A DNA stretch of 60,269 nt, filler included, from Porpidia crustulata (lineage: Eukaryota), in NCBI GenBank assembly GCA_964255105.1. It is 12 parts of 12 records of this genome, joined end to end, with 100 filler letters (N's around TTAATTAATTAA, not from the genome) between each part and the next. Parts side by side here need not be neighbours in the genome. Positions count along the whole stretch, not along the records: positions 35,246 to 40,174 come from CAXUWE010001962.1; positions 40,275 to 45,202 come from CAXUWE010001963.1; positions 45,303 to 50,227 come from CAXUWE010001964.1; positions 50,328 to 55,248 come from CAXUWE010001965.1; 8 more parts are not named here. One strand, written 5' to 3'. Shown here in pieces: positions 37,814 to 50,970 of this stretch. The position numbers and the translations under genes are program-made. Numbering within the stretch: the stretch's first letter is position 1; every line of letters starts with the position of its first letter. The notes beneath the pieces were generated by a model. That model did not search any database, was not told the origin of the DNA, and worked only from the letters and a program-made list of their open reading frames with translations.

Positions 37814-40174
37814 ATGCGTTTGGACGTCAAGGTAAGCTTCGTGTGCCTCAATTGTGAGAAGTGATCGAGGGACAGGATGGCTTACCTTCACATCAATCCA
37901 CAGAGACAGCTCCTTGCAAGATCTGAGAGGGTCAAGGGAATTGACTTCCACCCCTCAGAGCCATGGATCTTGACGACTCTTTACAGCGGCCATGTGTATA
38001 TATGGTCGTATGAGACCCAGGCGATTGTGAAGACGTTCGAGCTTACAGATGTCCCTGTACGGGCAGGACGCTTCGTAGCGCGCAAGAATTGGATTGTCTG
38101 TGGTTCCGATGACTTTCAAGTACGAGTATACAATTACAATACTTCGGAGAAGATTACCTCCTTCGAAGCCCACCCAGACTACATCCGCGCCATCGTCGTT
38201 CACCCCACACAGCCATTTGTTCTTACCGCCTCAGATGACATGACCATAAAGCTATGGGACTGGGACAAAGGATGGAAGTGTGTTCAGGTGTATGAAGGCC
38301 ACAGCCATTATGTCATGGGCCTAGCAATAAATCCCAAGGATACCAATACGTTTGCATCTGCATGTCTTGATAGGACGGTTAAGATTTGGAGCTTTGGCTC
38401 AGGCCACGCAAATTATACGCTGGAAGCTCATGAGACCAAAGGCGTCAACCATGTCGATTACTATCCACAGGCAGACAAGCCATATCTTCTCACCACATCC
38501 GATGACCAGACGGTCAAGATCTGGGATTATACAACCAAATCTTTGATCGCTACGCTCGAGGGGCACACAAGCAACGTCTCATTTGCCTGCTATCATCCAG
38601 AGCTACCTGTTATTATATCTGGTTCGGAAGATGGCACTGTCAAGATATGGCACGCGAACACCTACCGGTTAGAACAGTCTCTGACTTATGGGCTGGAGCG
38701 GGCTTGGTGTGTTAGTTATCAACGCGGTCGACAAGGCGTCGCCATTGGTTTTGATGATGGCGCCGTGGTTGTCAAGATGGGACGAGAAGAACCAGCCGTG
38801 TCGATGGATAATTCGGGGAAATTGATTTGGGCACGGCATAGCGAGATTCTTTCTGCGATGATCAAAGGAGGTGATGCAAGTATCAAGGATGGCACGCCTA
38901 TAAGTCTTCCTTCGAAGGACTTGGGAAATTGTGAAATATACCCTCAGACCTTACAGCATTCACCTAACGGCCGATTTGTTTCCGTATGTGGTGATGGCGA
39001 GTATATCATCTACACTGCTTTGGCATGGCGAAATAAGGCGTTTGGCTCTGCTCAGGATTTTGCGTGGGGTTCGAAAGATAACAGCAACGATTATGCGATA
39101 CGAGAGTCTTCAATGAGCGTAAGGATATTCCGTAATTTTAAGGAAAAGGGAGGTGGCGTAGATGTTGGGTTCCAAGCTGAAGGGCTGAGTGGTGGTGTAC
39201 TACTAGGTGTGAGGGGTCAGGGTGGTATTGGGTTATTCGATTGGGAGACTGGCGCTCTGGTGCGAAGAATAGAAGTCGACCCGAAAAATGTGTGTCGAGC
39301 TGTTCTGTCATTTGGGAATAACCTCCTTGCTAATCTGGATTAGGTCTACTGGTCCGAAAATGGCGAGCTGGTCACTCTTGCCTGTGACGAAACCTTTTAT
39401 GTTCTCCGCTACTCTCGTGAACACTACATTGCAGCCCTCAATGCTGGCCAAGTTGAAGAAGACGGCGTTGAGTCCGCCTTTGAAGTCGTGACTGACATCA
39501 ACGAGTCCGTTCGTACGGGCCAATGGGTCGGCGACTGCTTCATCTACACCAATTCTACGAACCGCCTCAACTATCTTGTCGGCGACCAAACGTATACAGT
39601 CTCTCACTTTGACCAACCCATGTACCTCCTCGGATACCTACCGCGCGATGGAAAAGCCTACATCGCAGATAAAGACGTCAACGTCGTTTCGTACGCCCTT
39701 TCCCTCTCAGTGGTCGAGTACCAAACGCTGGTCTTACGAGGCGACATGGACACCGCCGCCGAACTCCTCGAAGACATACCCGACGACCAGAAGAACAAAA
39801 TCGCCCGTTTCCTCGAAGGCCAAGGCTACAAGGAAATGGCCCTCGACGTCGCCACCGACCCTGAACACCGCTTCGACCTCGCCCTCGCCCTCAACAACCT
39901 CCCCATCGCCCTCGACATCGCCCGCGAAGCCGACGTCGAGCACCGCTGGAAAACCGTCGGTGACGCCGCCCTTGCAGCCTGGGACCTCGCCCTCGCCGAA
40001 GAGTGCTTCGCCCGCGCCAAAGACCTCGGCTCCCTCCTGCTCATCTACAGCTCCACCGGCAACGCCGCCGGCCTGCGCAAACTCACCGCACAGGCCGACG
40101 ACGCCGCACTGCACAACATCGCCTTTTCCTGCCTTTGGCAGCTCGCCGACCTCGACGGCTGCACGGACCTGCTG
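37814..40174 (+). CDS. SEC27: Coatomer beta' subunit (WD40), 3'-truncated
   Basis: MRLDVK|RQLLARSERVKGIDFHP, WD repeats, FEAHPDYIR, YGLERAW, HSPNGRFV, VGDCFIYT, ATDPEHRFDLAL. Introns at about 37832-37902 and 39290-39343. Confidence 0.97.
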
Positions 40175-41625
40175 NNNNNNNNNNNNNNNNNNNNNNNNNN
40201 NNNNNNNNNNNNNNNNNNTTAATTAATTAANNNNNNNNNNNNNNNNNNNNNNNNNNNNNNNNNNNNNNNNNNNNACTGCACTGCGGCGGGGTAATATGGC
40301 GTTATTTATTGGGTTGGTTTGGGTTGGGGTTGGGAGTGTGAGGATGGGTGAGGATGGGTGATGGGTGATGGAGAAGGGGGATGGGGATAGCGATGGTAGG
40401 TAGGAAGTTATTGAATCTAGCAGTCCATGACATGCTCATCAGAAAAATTTGCTCGAAATCTCAATATAGAGATTCAAGATTAATATCTTTACCGCCACGT
40501 ATCAAAAAACCCACGAGAGTTTTATGCAGATGAGCAACGGTAAACCTCAGCTATCTCGTGGGTGTTTTAAGAACTAGTCTGAGATTAATTTGTACGTGCA
40601 GCGGTAGTTGAACATCATGTGGAGCGGCGGTGGTCTGATGCTGACGCTGACTCTGTCATCAGCAATGAGCAATGAATGCGAGAGACCATGTGCAGAGAGA
40701 AAGACCCGGTGAATTCGCTGATCGTGAGGATTTCGGACATTAGATATAATTAGATCTTAACATACATTAGCCTCACCAATGCAAATATCTGAGTGAGTGA
40801 TAAATCAAAGCAAAATTTGCTGCATAACCACCAACAGCAAGCGGAACTTTCTTCATCCTCCTGGTCCATAATCTAGCATTGAATCTAAGACTGGCAAGTA
40901 AGAGTAAACGAGTGATTCGAGGGCAATAGAATAGGAATGTGCTACTGGCTAGTAGTACGCGACAGCGCTGCAGATGTGTTTACTAACGTTGACTTAAATG
41001 AGCTCTAAACAGGCGAACATCAGGTATCCGACTAGACACAATGGTCCCTATCCGTTGATCCATGTTGATAACGAAAGAAATGCACTTATCGGAACTTCAG
41101 TAGCTATACCTATATAATTCATTGTAAGATTGAGAGACTCCACTAGTCTCTTCAAGAAAATGATGAACAAAACTGCAGCGAATTCGAAGCTAGGTGAAGG
41201 TCGTCCTCAATCGTAACATACGTAGCGGAACAGCGCCGAAGATCAGTATGGCTGAGTTGCAACACGTGACAGATTTGGTGCAGTGATGTCGGACACGGGG
41301 GGGAAAGCGGCTGATTAGCACAGCTTTCGCGACCCGTCGTGCTTTCTTGCCCCGTTCACCAGGATATTTGACCAGTGATAATCCCATTGGGTCACACCCC
41401 AATGCTAGTGATGGTATCAGACTGTAAACGAGGCAAGTCGACGCATGCCTCGAGGTCGACAGATGCAGTAGATCCTTCGGCACGTGAGATTCGATTGACT
41501 AGATAAGAGGGCGTGTTTTCACTCTCGTCATCTCACTGATCATCTACTGCATGCTCTCCTGTTGCTCCAACCATGCTTCATCTGCAATATCACATACTCC
41601 TCCCTCAGTCTTGATTCTGTAGCTT

Positions 41626-44571
41626 TCAACGACAAATGTCAATCAACCTGGTTACCTCTCTGATCTGACGAACTTGACTCCAAAGTCTTTGAATTTCTTT
41701 TGATATTTTACCCGGATCTTTACCTCTGATTAGTTGCTCGACCCGATCAAACGAGTTTTGTAGGATATTTGCGCCGATGCCGGCTTCGAGCAGAGTTCGA
41801 AAACAGTCGTATGAGGAAAAGGAGAGCGCCGCTTCCAACAGGAGTGCGGAATATTCGGGTCAATATCATCTAGATGCGACATCAAATAAAGATCTAGGGA
41901 CAGATCCAAGTCATAGATGATGTAGAACAATAGCATCTGAACACCATCGCGACTGTGTACACCACTAACTTGATTTAACCATTCCGAAGGTTCCGGGTTG
42001 CCCCTGTAATTGATCCTGCTCAGTATGCGATTGCGATCTGCCATAGACTCGACTACAGGTCCAAGATAGGGCCCAATGGCCCGACCCTCTCCAATCTCTA
42101 CAGCCTGTGCGTGTTCCTGGAACTCCGTGATCGCAAATTCTTCCTCATAGGCTAATCTACTGATGATGTATCGAAGAATCATAAGGTTGCCACTCTCCCA
42201 GCATTCCACATTAAGGTTCTCGCTGATTAAGTTCTTGCCTTTCTTTGTAAGTATGAATTCTTTCGCTGTCTGGTGGATGAATTGGACTATTGGGTTTCGA
42301 CCACGACTTTCAACTTCCAAGAGCCCAGCAGATTTATTGTTGAAGCGCCGCTGCATCTCGTCCCGTGAAAGTATTTCGCTAGAGTACCGCAATGATCGTA
42401 ACTGGCGAATGGAACCAGGTAATGGATCTACGATTCCTTCAACAAAAGATCCAGTAGCATCGGACAGATCAGCAGACGTATCGTCAAGACGCCCACTCGT
42501 CTCATCCTGTATAGCTCGCTTGGAGCCAGGATCCAAGATAGTTAGAAACGCCGTTGCATTTAGGAAATCGCTCGATCTCATAGGTTGGTTCGCAAATATT
42601 GCGATCTGAAACATGACATAAGTCTCGTACCTCTGGATGTTTGAAGCTATTTTGGGGCCGCGACGAACACGTCGAATTGCCCTTGTATAGAGACCCTCTA
42701 ATTCCGGGGGAATCTCGAAAAGCAGAATCTTTAGCTCGTCCAGGGTGGCTCCTCTGCATATTCCGTCGACAATCTCGTCAACAGCCAGTCTTACCCATAG
42801 AAATACGCCGTTGGCTTTCCGTACGATTTCTTCGATGAGGAACGCAACTTTCTTTTTGCCTTCATCGTCCAGAACGCCCCGGTAGTCTTTATGGATTTCA
42901 TCTTTGGCAAAGTGACGTATATCAGCGGTAGTATAGTCTTGAATCGCAAGTCCGGGACATGTTTGGAAAGCATCCGTGAAGACATTCTCTGGCCGCCCAG
43001 CTACGCAAAGACGCATTCGAAACAAGAGGTTCTCGGGCAAGCGGGCTAGATCCTTTAAGATCGAAATCAACTGAGTGTGCTTTCCGTCGTGTTCATCCAG
43101 GGCATCAACAAAAAGACAGCAATTGAGGGTGGATGTTGACTTCGTCCCAATTGATAACAGAGCTTCTCGGAGTTGCTCTAGGCTCCACATCGATCTACGC
43201 TCCCACGTTGTAGAATTCGACCGCTGTGACGCCCTGAGCCGAGAGAAGGTCGAGTATACCAAAGAGAAGAGATTCCGGCGTTGGCTGAGCATTTGGTAGA
43301 GGATTTCTTGGAGAAACCCCTTAACGGACTTCTGACCCCACTCACCGCGGTCGTGGAAGAAATAGCCCGCAGTGATCCACGAGCAATTGCTATAATTGAA
43401 AAAGAGCCCAGAAGTGAGTCCGTGATTCATAGCAAACTTCATGAGCGTGGACTTGCCCGAGGCAGGCTTCCCACGTATCCAGTAGATGGATTCAGAGATT
43501 TTACTTTCTAGCCAAGGCGCGAAGTCGACCTTGGGATCAAACAGCCACTCGTATGTATTTTCATACGTGGACTCGACACCGTCCAAGCGCCACCTTGCCA
43601 CAGGGTCGTTGAGAGTCCCCAAACATTCTTGATATTTTTTACTGAAGTCCTCTCCGTCCGGAAGCGTTGGACATTCTGTGTCTAAGGACAACGATTGACT
43701 CGGTGCAGGTTGCGATTCATTAATTTCGTCGACCCATCGTCTCAAGACCGAAACGACACGTTTAAAGTTTGGATCATTAGCGGTGGAGAACTTGACCATA
43801 TCTTGATGATTGGCATGCAAGGTGCTTATGGACTCGTTCACATCGCCGAGTCTCGAGGAGGATGCATCAACAATCGAGATTCCGTGTGTCTGAAGCTCCT
43901 CCTGGAATGAATGAATATTGATCCGCCCCGAAGCAAGGACGTGTCTAAAGGTATTCGATATACGTTCGAAAGTATCCGAATCCTTCTCGAGCGCTGACAA
44001 GATGTTCGGATTAGGATTTTGAAATGCGACTCTCGCTAACCCGGATATAACCTTGCCGAGCGAGGCTACCGCTGAGCCCCGATGAGGCGTACCCAGAAAT
44101 ATTACACCTCTAGTGTCAGATACTATCTCCTTGGCGAACGTGGCCGCGATTTTGGAGGTGTTTAGAGCATCTTTGACCACAATACCGCCAAGGCTATGAG
44201 CGATGAAAATTAATGGTTTTCGCTTTCGTTGTGCTAAATCGGACAACAGCGTTTCGGCATGTTGGAGGATGGTAGCTTGGGACGCCGCAGCGGCCAATTT
44301 CACGATATCGACGTCGTAGCCCCACGTCAAAATCCTTGCATTGGGAATCTCCTCGGGCAGGAGGCCTCGCGGCCAGAAGACCTTGGGGACAAGCTCTTTC
44401 GGACCATTTCTCAAACCAAAGCGTGGCTTCTTGCGAGGCGGGCCATCAGAGCTCAAGTGCACGTCATCCTTGTGGGGTCGATCTGACGAGGCACTCGCCA
44501 ATAAGTGCGTGGGAGCGTTGCAAGTCCAAGTTGTCTCGGGATGGCCGCGCAGCCCATGAACAAACACGATA
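41626..44571 (-). CDS. Fungal NLR-like protein: N-terminal SesB/SERAC1-like alpha/beta-hydrolase + NACHT NTPase + short C-terminus. 5' exon unresolved; probable frameshift near 41857
   Basis: IVFVHGL, ARILTWGYD, AHSLGG nucleophile elbow, FLGTPHRGS, HQDMVKF; Walker A GKPASGKST, Walker B LFVDALDE, GVFLWVRL, P.ELEGLY, VQFIHQTAKEF. A splice acceptor (GCTGAC..TAG) lies at 44573-44572. Confidence 0.88.
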
Positions 44572-46092
44572 CTATTCACAGATGCACGTCAGCACTGATA
44601 CCACCTTGAGCTACTAGTAGGTACGTAGTATGTTCGGTTGCCTAATTATAGCCTTGCGCTAACTTGGTCCTCGCTTATTCCGCAGACGCAAGCGAATCAA
44701 GAAGCTTCGATTTCTTTAGCCACAGCGAAGAAAGCCCTGGGTCAATCTTTCTGTCATATCTACGATAGCTTCTCTCACACAACTTGCAGCGAACCACGTT
44801 ATATCCTCGTTCAGCTCACCATCTCGCCTAAACTCCCCTAACCCCCCCAAAGAGCACGTCGAGCAACTCACTCCGTTGAGTCATAAATAAGCCCTGAGTC
44901 AATATAACTAATTAATCCGTTATTAACCTCAAACCAATCCGAAGTCGGGGTTATGGATTTTCTTAATCGTAGAGAGCGTAGGATCTGTCGTGCTAGGGAG
45001 TAACTTCGACAATCTTAAAGATTCAGTGCGAAAAACCGTCTATCTAGACATCCTCCACAAATACTTCCGTTCATCCTCTCAATATTAATCGCAAAATCCC
45101 AACTCTTCCTCTTCCTCAACACCCTTAACTCAGATCCAGAAGCTTAGAGTCCAGCTAGCTGTTGCTTTGGATCGCAGAAGTAGCCCCGTCCACCCCCCCC
45201 CTNNNNNNNNNNNNNNNNNNNNNNNNNNNNNNNNNNNNNNNNNNNNTTAATTAATTAANNNNNNNNNNNNNNNNNNNNNNNNNNNNNNNNNNNNNNNNNN
45301 NNGAGGGGGGGTGGGGGGCACTACTGTACCTCTCCACCTAGACTGCAAAGGTTCTGGACTTTGTCTTTTCTTGTAGTTTGCCCAATGCGCAGGCTTATCA
45401 GAGGTCTATAAAGTGATTGCTCACTAAAGCCCTAGTTATTTCATCAATGGTGGGATTGATATTCAGCGGCTGAACATGATGCCATGGTGTGCGATCACCT
45501 CACCCATCAAATTTGTAAGACAATCTCGAGGATGGTTGGACGATGGATGCTATCCAGCACCAATCACACCAGGAGTGGACCAGAGTGAGAATTGTACCTT
45601 AAGGATCCTAAGGCGTGTGGGTCGATGAGATGGCCAAGTTTCTTAGAAATGTCGGAAGCCACCGGAGAACCTTGTTGAGAGTAAATAGCATCGCGTATGT
45701 AGATGTTTGTACATATGGTGTGAGGTTTGTACTTCAGTATAACGAATATTTCATATTTCGTCTATGGAGCGAGGAGTGCAAGTATGTGTTGATCTTATCA
45801 AATAAATAAATAAATTGATGAATGGATGAATTGGTGAATTTTCTTGCCTCGCACGCCTAGTACCTCATACTTACCAGCAGCCGTTAACCTCCCGTCTGTG
45901 AGGCAGAAATTCTGGTGCGCCACGGTGGCTTGAGTTAGATTATGTGGCGCGTGGGTTATCGAAGATGTTTACGCCGACGCCACTTGACAGGCATCAGCAA
46001 CTGAGGAAACGACCGTATTGACGCATTATGGCCACCGGCGACCGACGTCCAATACCTTTTTGTACCTCCAATATACACTTCCAAATTTGAGG

Positions 46093-49003
46093 ATGGTGAC
46101 TACCCGACGACAGCGCCCTGATGCAGCGTCAGGATCCCCCACAATCAAGCAGAGCAGCCTGATAAAATCGCCTTCACGTCCCAGTAAGCCCCCGTCCATC
46201 TTATTATGCTCTTCCTGGTACGTTCAATTCAGAACGACCAATATTTCTCATGGCAGAGATCCATTTCAGCTACAATCTTGTTTACCAATCTGATACTTTT
46301 TCATAGACTTACTAAAGCAAACGCTTTCGCCTCTGGACGTGTCACCTTCGAATTATGATAACCGTGCCATTGATGGGCATGAGACAATTGGGTCTAGATT
46401 GAGAAAGAGACGTCGAACTGGATCGTCACCAAAAGAAACAACGCCAGCAACTTCCCGCCATATAAATGCAAAAACGGCATCTCGCAACGACAAAAATATA
46501 CTAGACGAGGTAATCGTGCCATGCCCTTCGCCCAACATCGATCGAATCCCGCTCGAACAGTCCACGTCCTGCAGACCACAACGACTTGCTACATCAATCC
46601 CACGTCAGAACGATACCAATGAAGTTCTCCTCGAACATCCAGTCTTACCTACGCTACAGGCCAATGGAAACACTAGAAAATCCGAATTTTCACAAGAAAT
46701 TTCTCCGGAACCCTCGCTCAAGTCTCAAGAGCAGCCTTTCCATGCTGCGATCACGCAAGATATGCAAGCAGTGATCAAAAGGATTGTCCATCACAGCGAG
46801 CATGTTGATAGTCATTACGCGAGTCAAAGTTACAACGAGATGGGAACGGTGGATACTGAAAGCTTCTTGCCTTTGGGAGCTAGCTTACACCTCAAGACCC
46901 AGAGCCTGCCAATCCTTGATAATCTGGTAAGCTGTCCTATGAAGTGGTCAATGGCTATCTGACAAGCAGTAATAGGCCACCCAGGTTTTGAACACATTAG
47001 CAAAGTCTTCATACGAGGAGATTCTAACCATAGCCACGGATTCTGAGTCGGATACTGGCCAGGCGTACGCAAGATTGAAATCGCTTTTCGACCACACAAA
47101 GAAGGTATACTCAATCACAGAGCCGTTTTTGTCTCCCTATCTATTGGGCCCAAAAACCGAACAAGCACATGTAGAAACAATTCGGAAAGCAAATCTTGCA
47201 ACATTTGTATCGAGCGTTTTTGGGAGTCAGGATGTTGGGTTCTATCATTTGCATGAATACTTTCTCGATACATTTGTTGCTGATGGAGGTCGTTTATTGA
47301 AGAGCCAAGCTCAATTATTTCTGGAACTCAAAACGCAAGCGTACATTTCTGCTTTGTCACATGGAGAACGCTCCAGAGAGGAAATACTTGAAGACCTTTT
47401 TCCTGCTGACCTCCATGAACGCCTGCTGAGCCGAAGGCCAGGTGCTAAGCAACTTGTACCAAGCGAAGCCGACTTTTTGCTACGGGCAAGAAATCGGAGT
47501 AGAGCTTTACTAGAGGAATCCATGACTCAAGAAGCCATTGCGGCGTTACCTGAAAAGTATATCTGGGAAGATTTTCTAAGGGATGTCAGTGGATATGTTA
47601 GCAAGAACTTTGCCACCATTCTTGGAACGCCTGTAAGTCTAATATTTATAGCCACTGCCTACAATCATGCTGACCTTTTTCACCAGGTTCGTAAACCTTT
47701 ACATCCCGGTCGTTCAAACTTCTTCGTTACAGATCAGCAGCAGCAACCACACTTACAGCGACAACAGCAAACCCAACAAAACTGGCATACGCAACAGGAA
47801 CCCTCTCCACAAGACATGCCGCTAACTTCAACGGAAACTTTAGGTCAACAAAACCCTCGGGGTGCTACAGACACCGATGATATAGTGGAGAAGGCAGCTC
47901 GAGCGGCTCGCTTTGCTATGCAGGGGTTTGGCCAGAATATGGTTGGGCCAACGCCACAAATGTACCAGACGCCGCATCAGCGATCGAATCAGATACCACA
48001 CCCCCATATACCAGGCCCAATGCAAGATCAAACACAGGCTCTTGGGCAACAAGCTACACCGGCGCATCCTCAACAGATACAATATCAATTCGAGCCTCAA
48101 CCCACACCTCAATACTACCACCAGCCTACTTTTGAGCACCATCAGAGTATGCCAAGTCTAATGAATCAACGACTTACCAACATGAATCAGCAGCATCAAG
48201 CCTATGCCGACCAGAAGGCTATTCCGTATCCGACGCAGTCAGCACCTACCCAGGTGTTGTATGAGCGAGCTCGCATGGCCGCAACTGCTAAGGCTTCGCC
48301 AAGCAATCGCCGTGCTGGCCACCCAAGCCAACGTCGCCCATGGACCACAGACGAGGAGAACTCTCTTATGGCCGGTCTTGATCGTGTCAAGGGTCCGCAT
48401 TGGAGTCAAATTCTTGCCATGTTTGGGCCGGGTGGTACCATTAATGAAACGCTGAAAGACCGCAATCAGGTGCAACTCAAGGACAAAGCCCGCAATTTGA
48501 AGCTCTTCTTCCTGAAAAGTGGTATCGAAGTCCCTTATTACCTGCAATTTGTTACTGGTGAACTCAAGACTCGTGCCCCAGCACAGGCAATGAAACACGA
48601 GCAAAGAGACCAAAGCCTGGCAGGAGAAGATCGACCTTATGTTGACGCCATAATGTCACTCGCTGAAGGCTCTGCACAAAGCCCTGAACAAGCCGCTAGT
48701 GGAATAGAGGATGAGCCTGAAGACGCAGAAGAGCACGATCAGTTGACAGAAGATATTGGTCCTGCTCAGAACGGTAGCTTTCTACCTGATATAACTAGCA
48801 ATAACAATGCAGTTACTGGTGACGAGCAGCAACAGCATATAACGAGTCTGCAAGGAGCCTTCGTTCACAACAATCAGATACCTGCAAATGATGAATCTCA
48901 ATATAAGGGTCCGGCCAGTGAAGTCAGTGCCAAGGGATGTGGAAATATCTCCAATGATACCGTCATGGAGACTCCAAATGTTAGGGCGATAAGTCTTGCC
49001 TGA
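46093..49003 (+). CDS. TBF1: Telomere-repeat-binding factor Tbf1 (TRF-like domain + Myb/telobox). Exons about 46093-46183, 46307-46926, 46976-47632, 47687-49003
   Basis: QSLPILDNL|ATQ, IRKANLATFVSS, LFLELKTQAYIS, and the telobox RRPWTTDEENSLMAGL..GPHWSQIL..RNQVQLKDKARNLK. Confidence 0.92.
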
Positions 49004-49900
49004 ATCCAATATGCTACATTCGTTCTTTCTCTCGCCTGTTCCTTCTCATTCAGCGAGTAGAATAACGGGCAGGAAACCGACATTGACTACAGCCTCAACT
49101 CTACGAACCACTTAAGCTTGCTGAGAATACTGCACGATCTTTTGCCATTTTTAGTAGATGGCTTTAATTGTGGCTTGGGTACGTACACGCGAGTGGACGC
49201 AAAATCTCCCAACGAGGCTAGACGGGGAAATCCAACGACCTCATTTCTTATCTTGAAATTCTCTTCATCGTCTGGTCTTCATGACTAGGTCAGGCATCTG
49301 TCGTATCATTGATATGGTGAAGGCCTTTACTTTACTACGGTGGTAGGCTCGGAGCATTATGTGTTCTCCTCATTTGCAAAGCTATTTAAAAGGTCAGCCG
49401 CAGGCGTTTCTGTATGATACAACTTTGCGGGATGATAACAGGGCTAGCAAGGTCATCGTATGTGATTTTACTATGATGGCAGGTAGGCATAACGTAGCGA
49501 TTATGCGCCAAAATGTGCATAGCTGTTAGAGATTGCAGTACAACATAAATCGTAGTCTTGTCAAACCAGTCGTGTCAATCAATTTCCGCTACTAGTTCCC
49601 TTAGGTGTTCTGGCGAGCCTAAAAATAACCTAGATGGCTTACCAGCTTGCATCACAGAGTGAGCAAGAATCAATACGCAGGCCCCATTTGGCATAGTTCA
49701 TTGTTCGGATTTACAAATTAGCCTTACTGTTAACCCCGCTAGGCTCTCTTTGTCGCACAGGTATTGTCGCATAACCTCTTTGAAAGGCAACAACGGAGTG
49801 AGAGCATCACCTTTGGATACTCAATTGGTGGGTCGGCGCTCTCTAGTCTCAATACAGTAGCTCGCCATACGGTGAGACACGACTACCCACCATCATCAAC

Positions 49901-50227
49901 ATGGCCGACCAATCTTATCCAGCGCAAGATACGTCCATGCCTCGAAATCCTACTCAACCCATGGATCCTGTAGATCCGTCGCTCGAGACGGACCCAGACG
50001 TCGACATGGCCATCGATACAGATCCCAAGTTTGAACCAATCCTTCCAAATGCCACAAATCTTCCTCCAGAACCCCGTATGCCTACACGCAAGGACATTTC
50101 ACTGCGAGATTTCCTTGCCAAGATGGATGACTACGCACCAATAGTGGGCAAATCTTCATAGCTTCTACATATGACATGATCCGGCTAACGTGACACCAAC
50201 AGATCCCCGACGCGGTCACCCAACATC
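49901..50227 (+). CDS. TAF10: TFIID/SAGA subunit Taf10, 5' part
   Basis: [28 protein letters not shown] across a GT..CAG intron. Confidence 0.92.
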
Positions 50228-50970
50228 NNNNNNNNNNNNNNNNNNNNNNNNNNNNNNNNNNNNNNNNNNNNTTAATTAATTAANNNNNNNNNNNNNNNNN
50301 NNNNNNNNNNNNNNNNNNNNNNNNNNNTACGAAAGCTGTTTAAACTTGGCAGTTCTCACCATACCGTCACGGCCAATCCTCCTCGAACAATCCGCCCTAC
50401 TTCCCCTCACGGAAACATACGAGCGCCTGCAGTAAGAATCCTAAAACGACCCTCAAGGTCCCTCAATCACACCTCCAGACCATCGGAGACGCTGGAACAT
50501 GCCATACCCCCATCGATGCCACTAGACTGCACACTCCACGGCACCTCCGGCCACGTATCAAAAGATTAAGGATCAGGTTTGACAACCGGGTCTTGCTTTC
50601 GTAGAAGAGGGGGTCAGTAGACGAAAGGGAGTTTGAGATTGAAAATGGCGAGGTTGCGATATCCTTTCTCTCCCGAAAATGGGAGAGAGGGCGTTTTATG
50701 TCAATGAAATAGCATACACGTTGCTTCAGAATAGTAGAGGCACGGCCGAAAAAAATGCTTTTTCTACGTGGTATCTGGCCTACCGGCTCTAAAACGCCTC
50801 TATGGTCATACTCTCATCCCATCCCAATTCGACTCTTTGCCCACAACCTATCACATTCATTCGGGGTCGGCGCCATGATGCTTTTGGCGTTGCTTTCGCT
50901 GGCCCGGGGCCTGGTGTCACATAAACGAGACTGAGGTCCCAACGCGAGACCGCGCTGTGCATTCCCTACC

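Noticed and set aside
7718..44571. Mx-like dynamin plus NLR as a fungal 'defence island'
   Set aside because: They lie on different, unlinked contigs, so co-occurrence in the window is an artefact of sorting by length.
45867..45955. ATACTTACC followed by AAATTCTGG and a GCGCCAC..GTGGCGC hairpin, resembling a U1 snRNA 5' end, Sm site and terminal stem
   Set aside because: It lacks the CUG after ACUUAC and the conserved U1-70K (GAUCA..AAG) and U1A (CAUUGCAC) loops, and it is too short. It reads equally well as a minus-strand GTAAGT donor or a chance match. An Infernal RF00003 search would decide.
48982..48987. TTAGGG inside TBF1 as an autoregulatory site
   Set aside because: A single hexamer in coding sequence is expected by chance.
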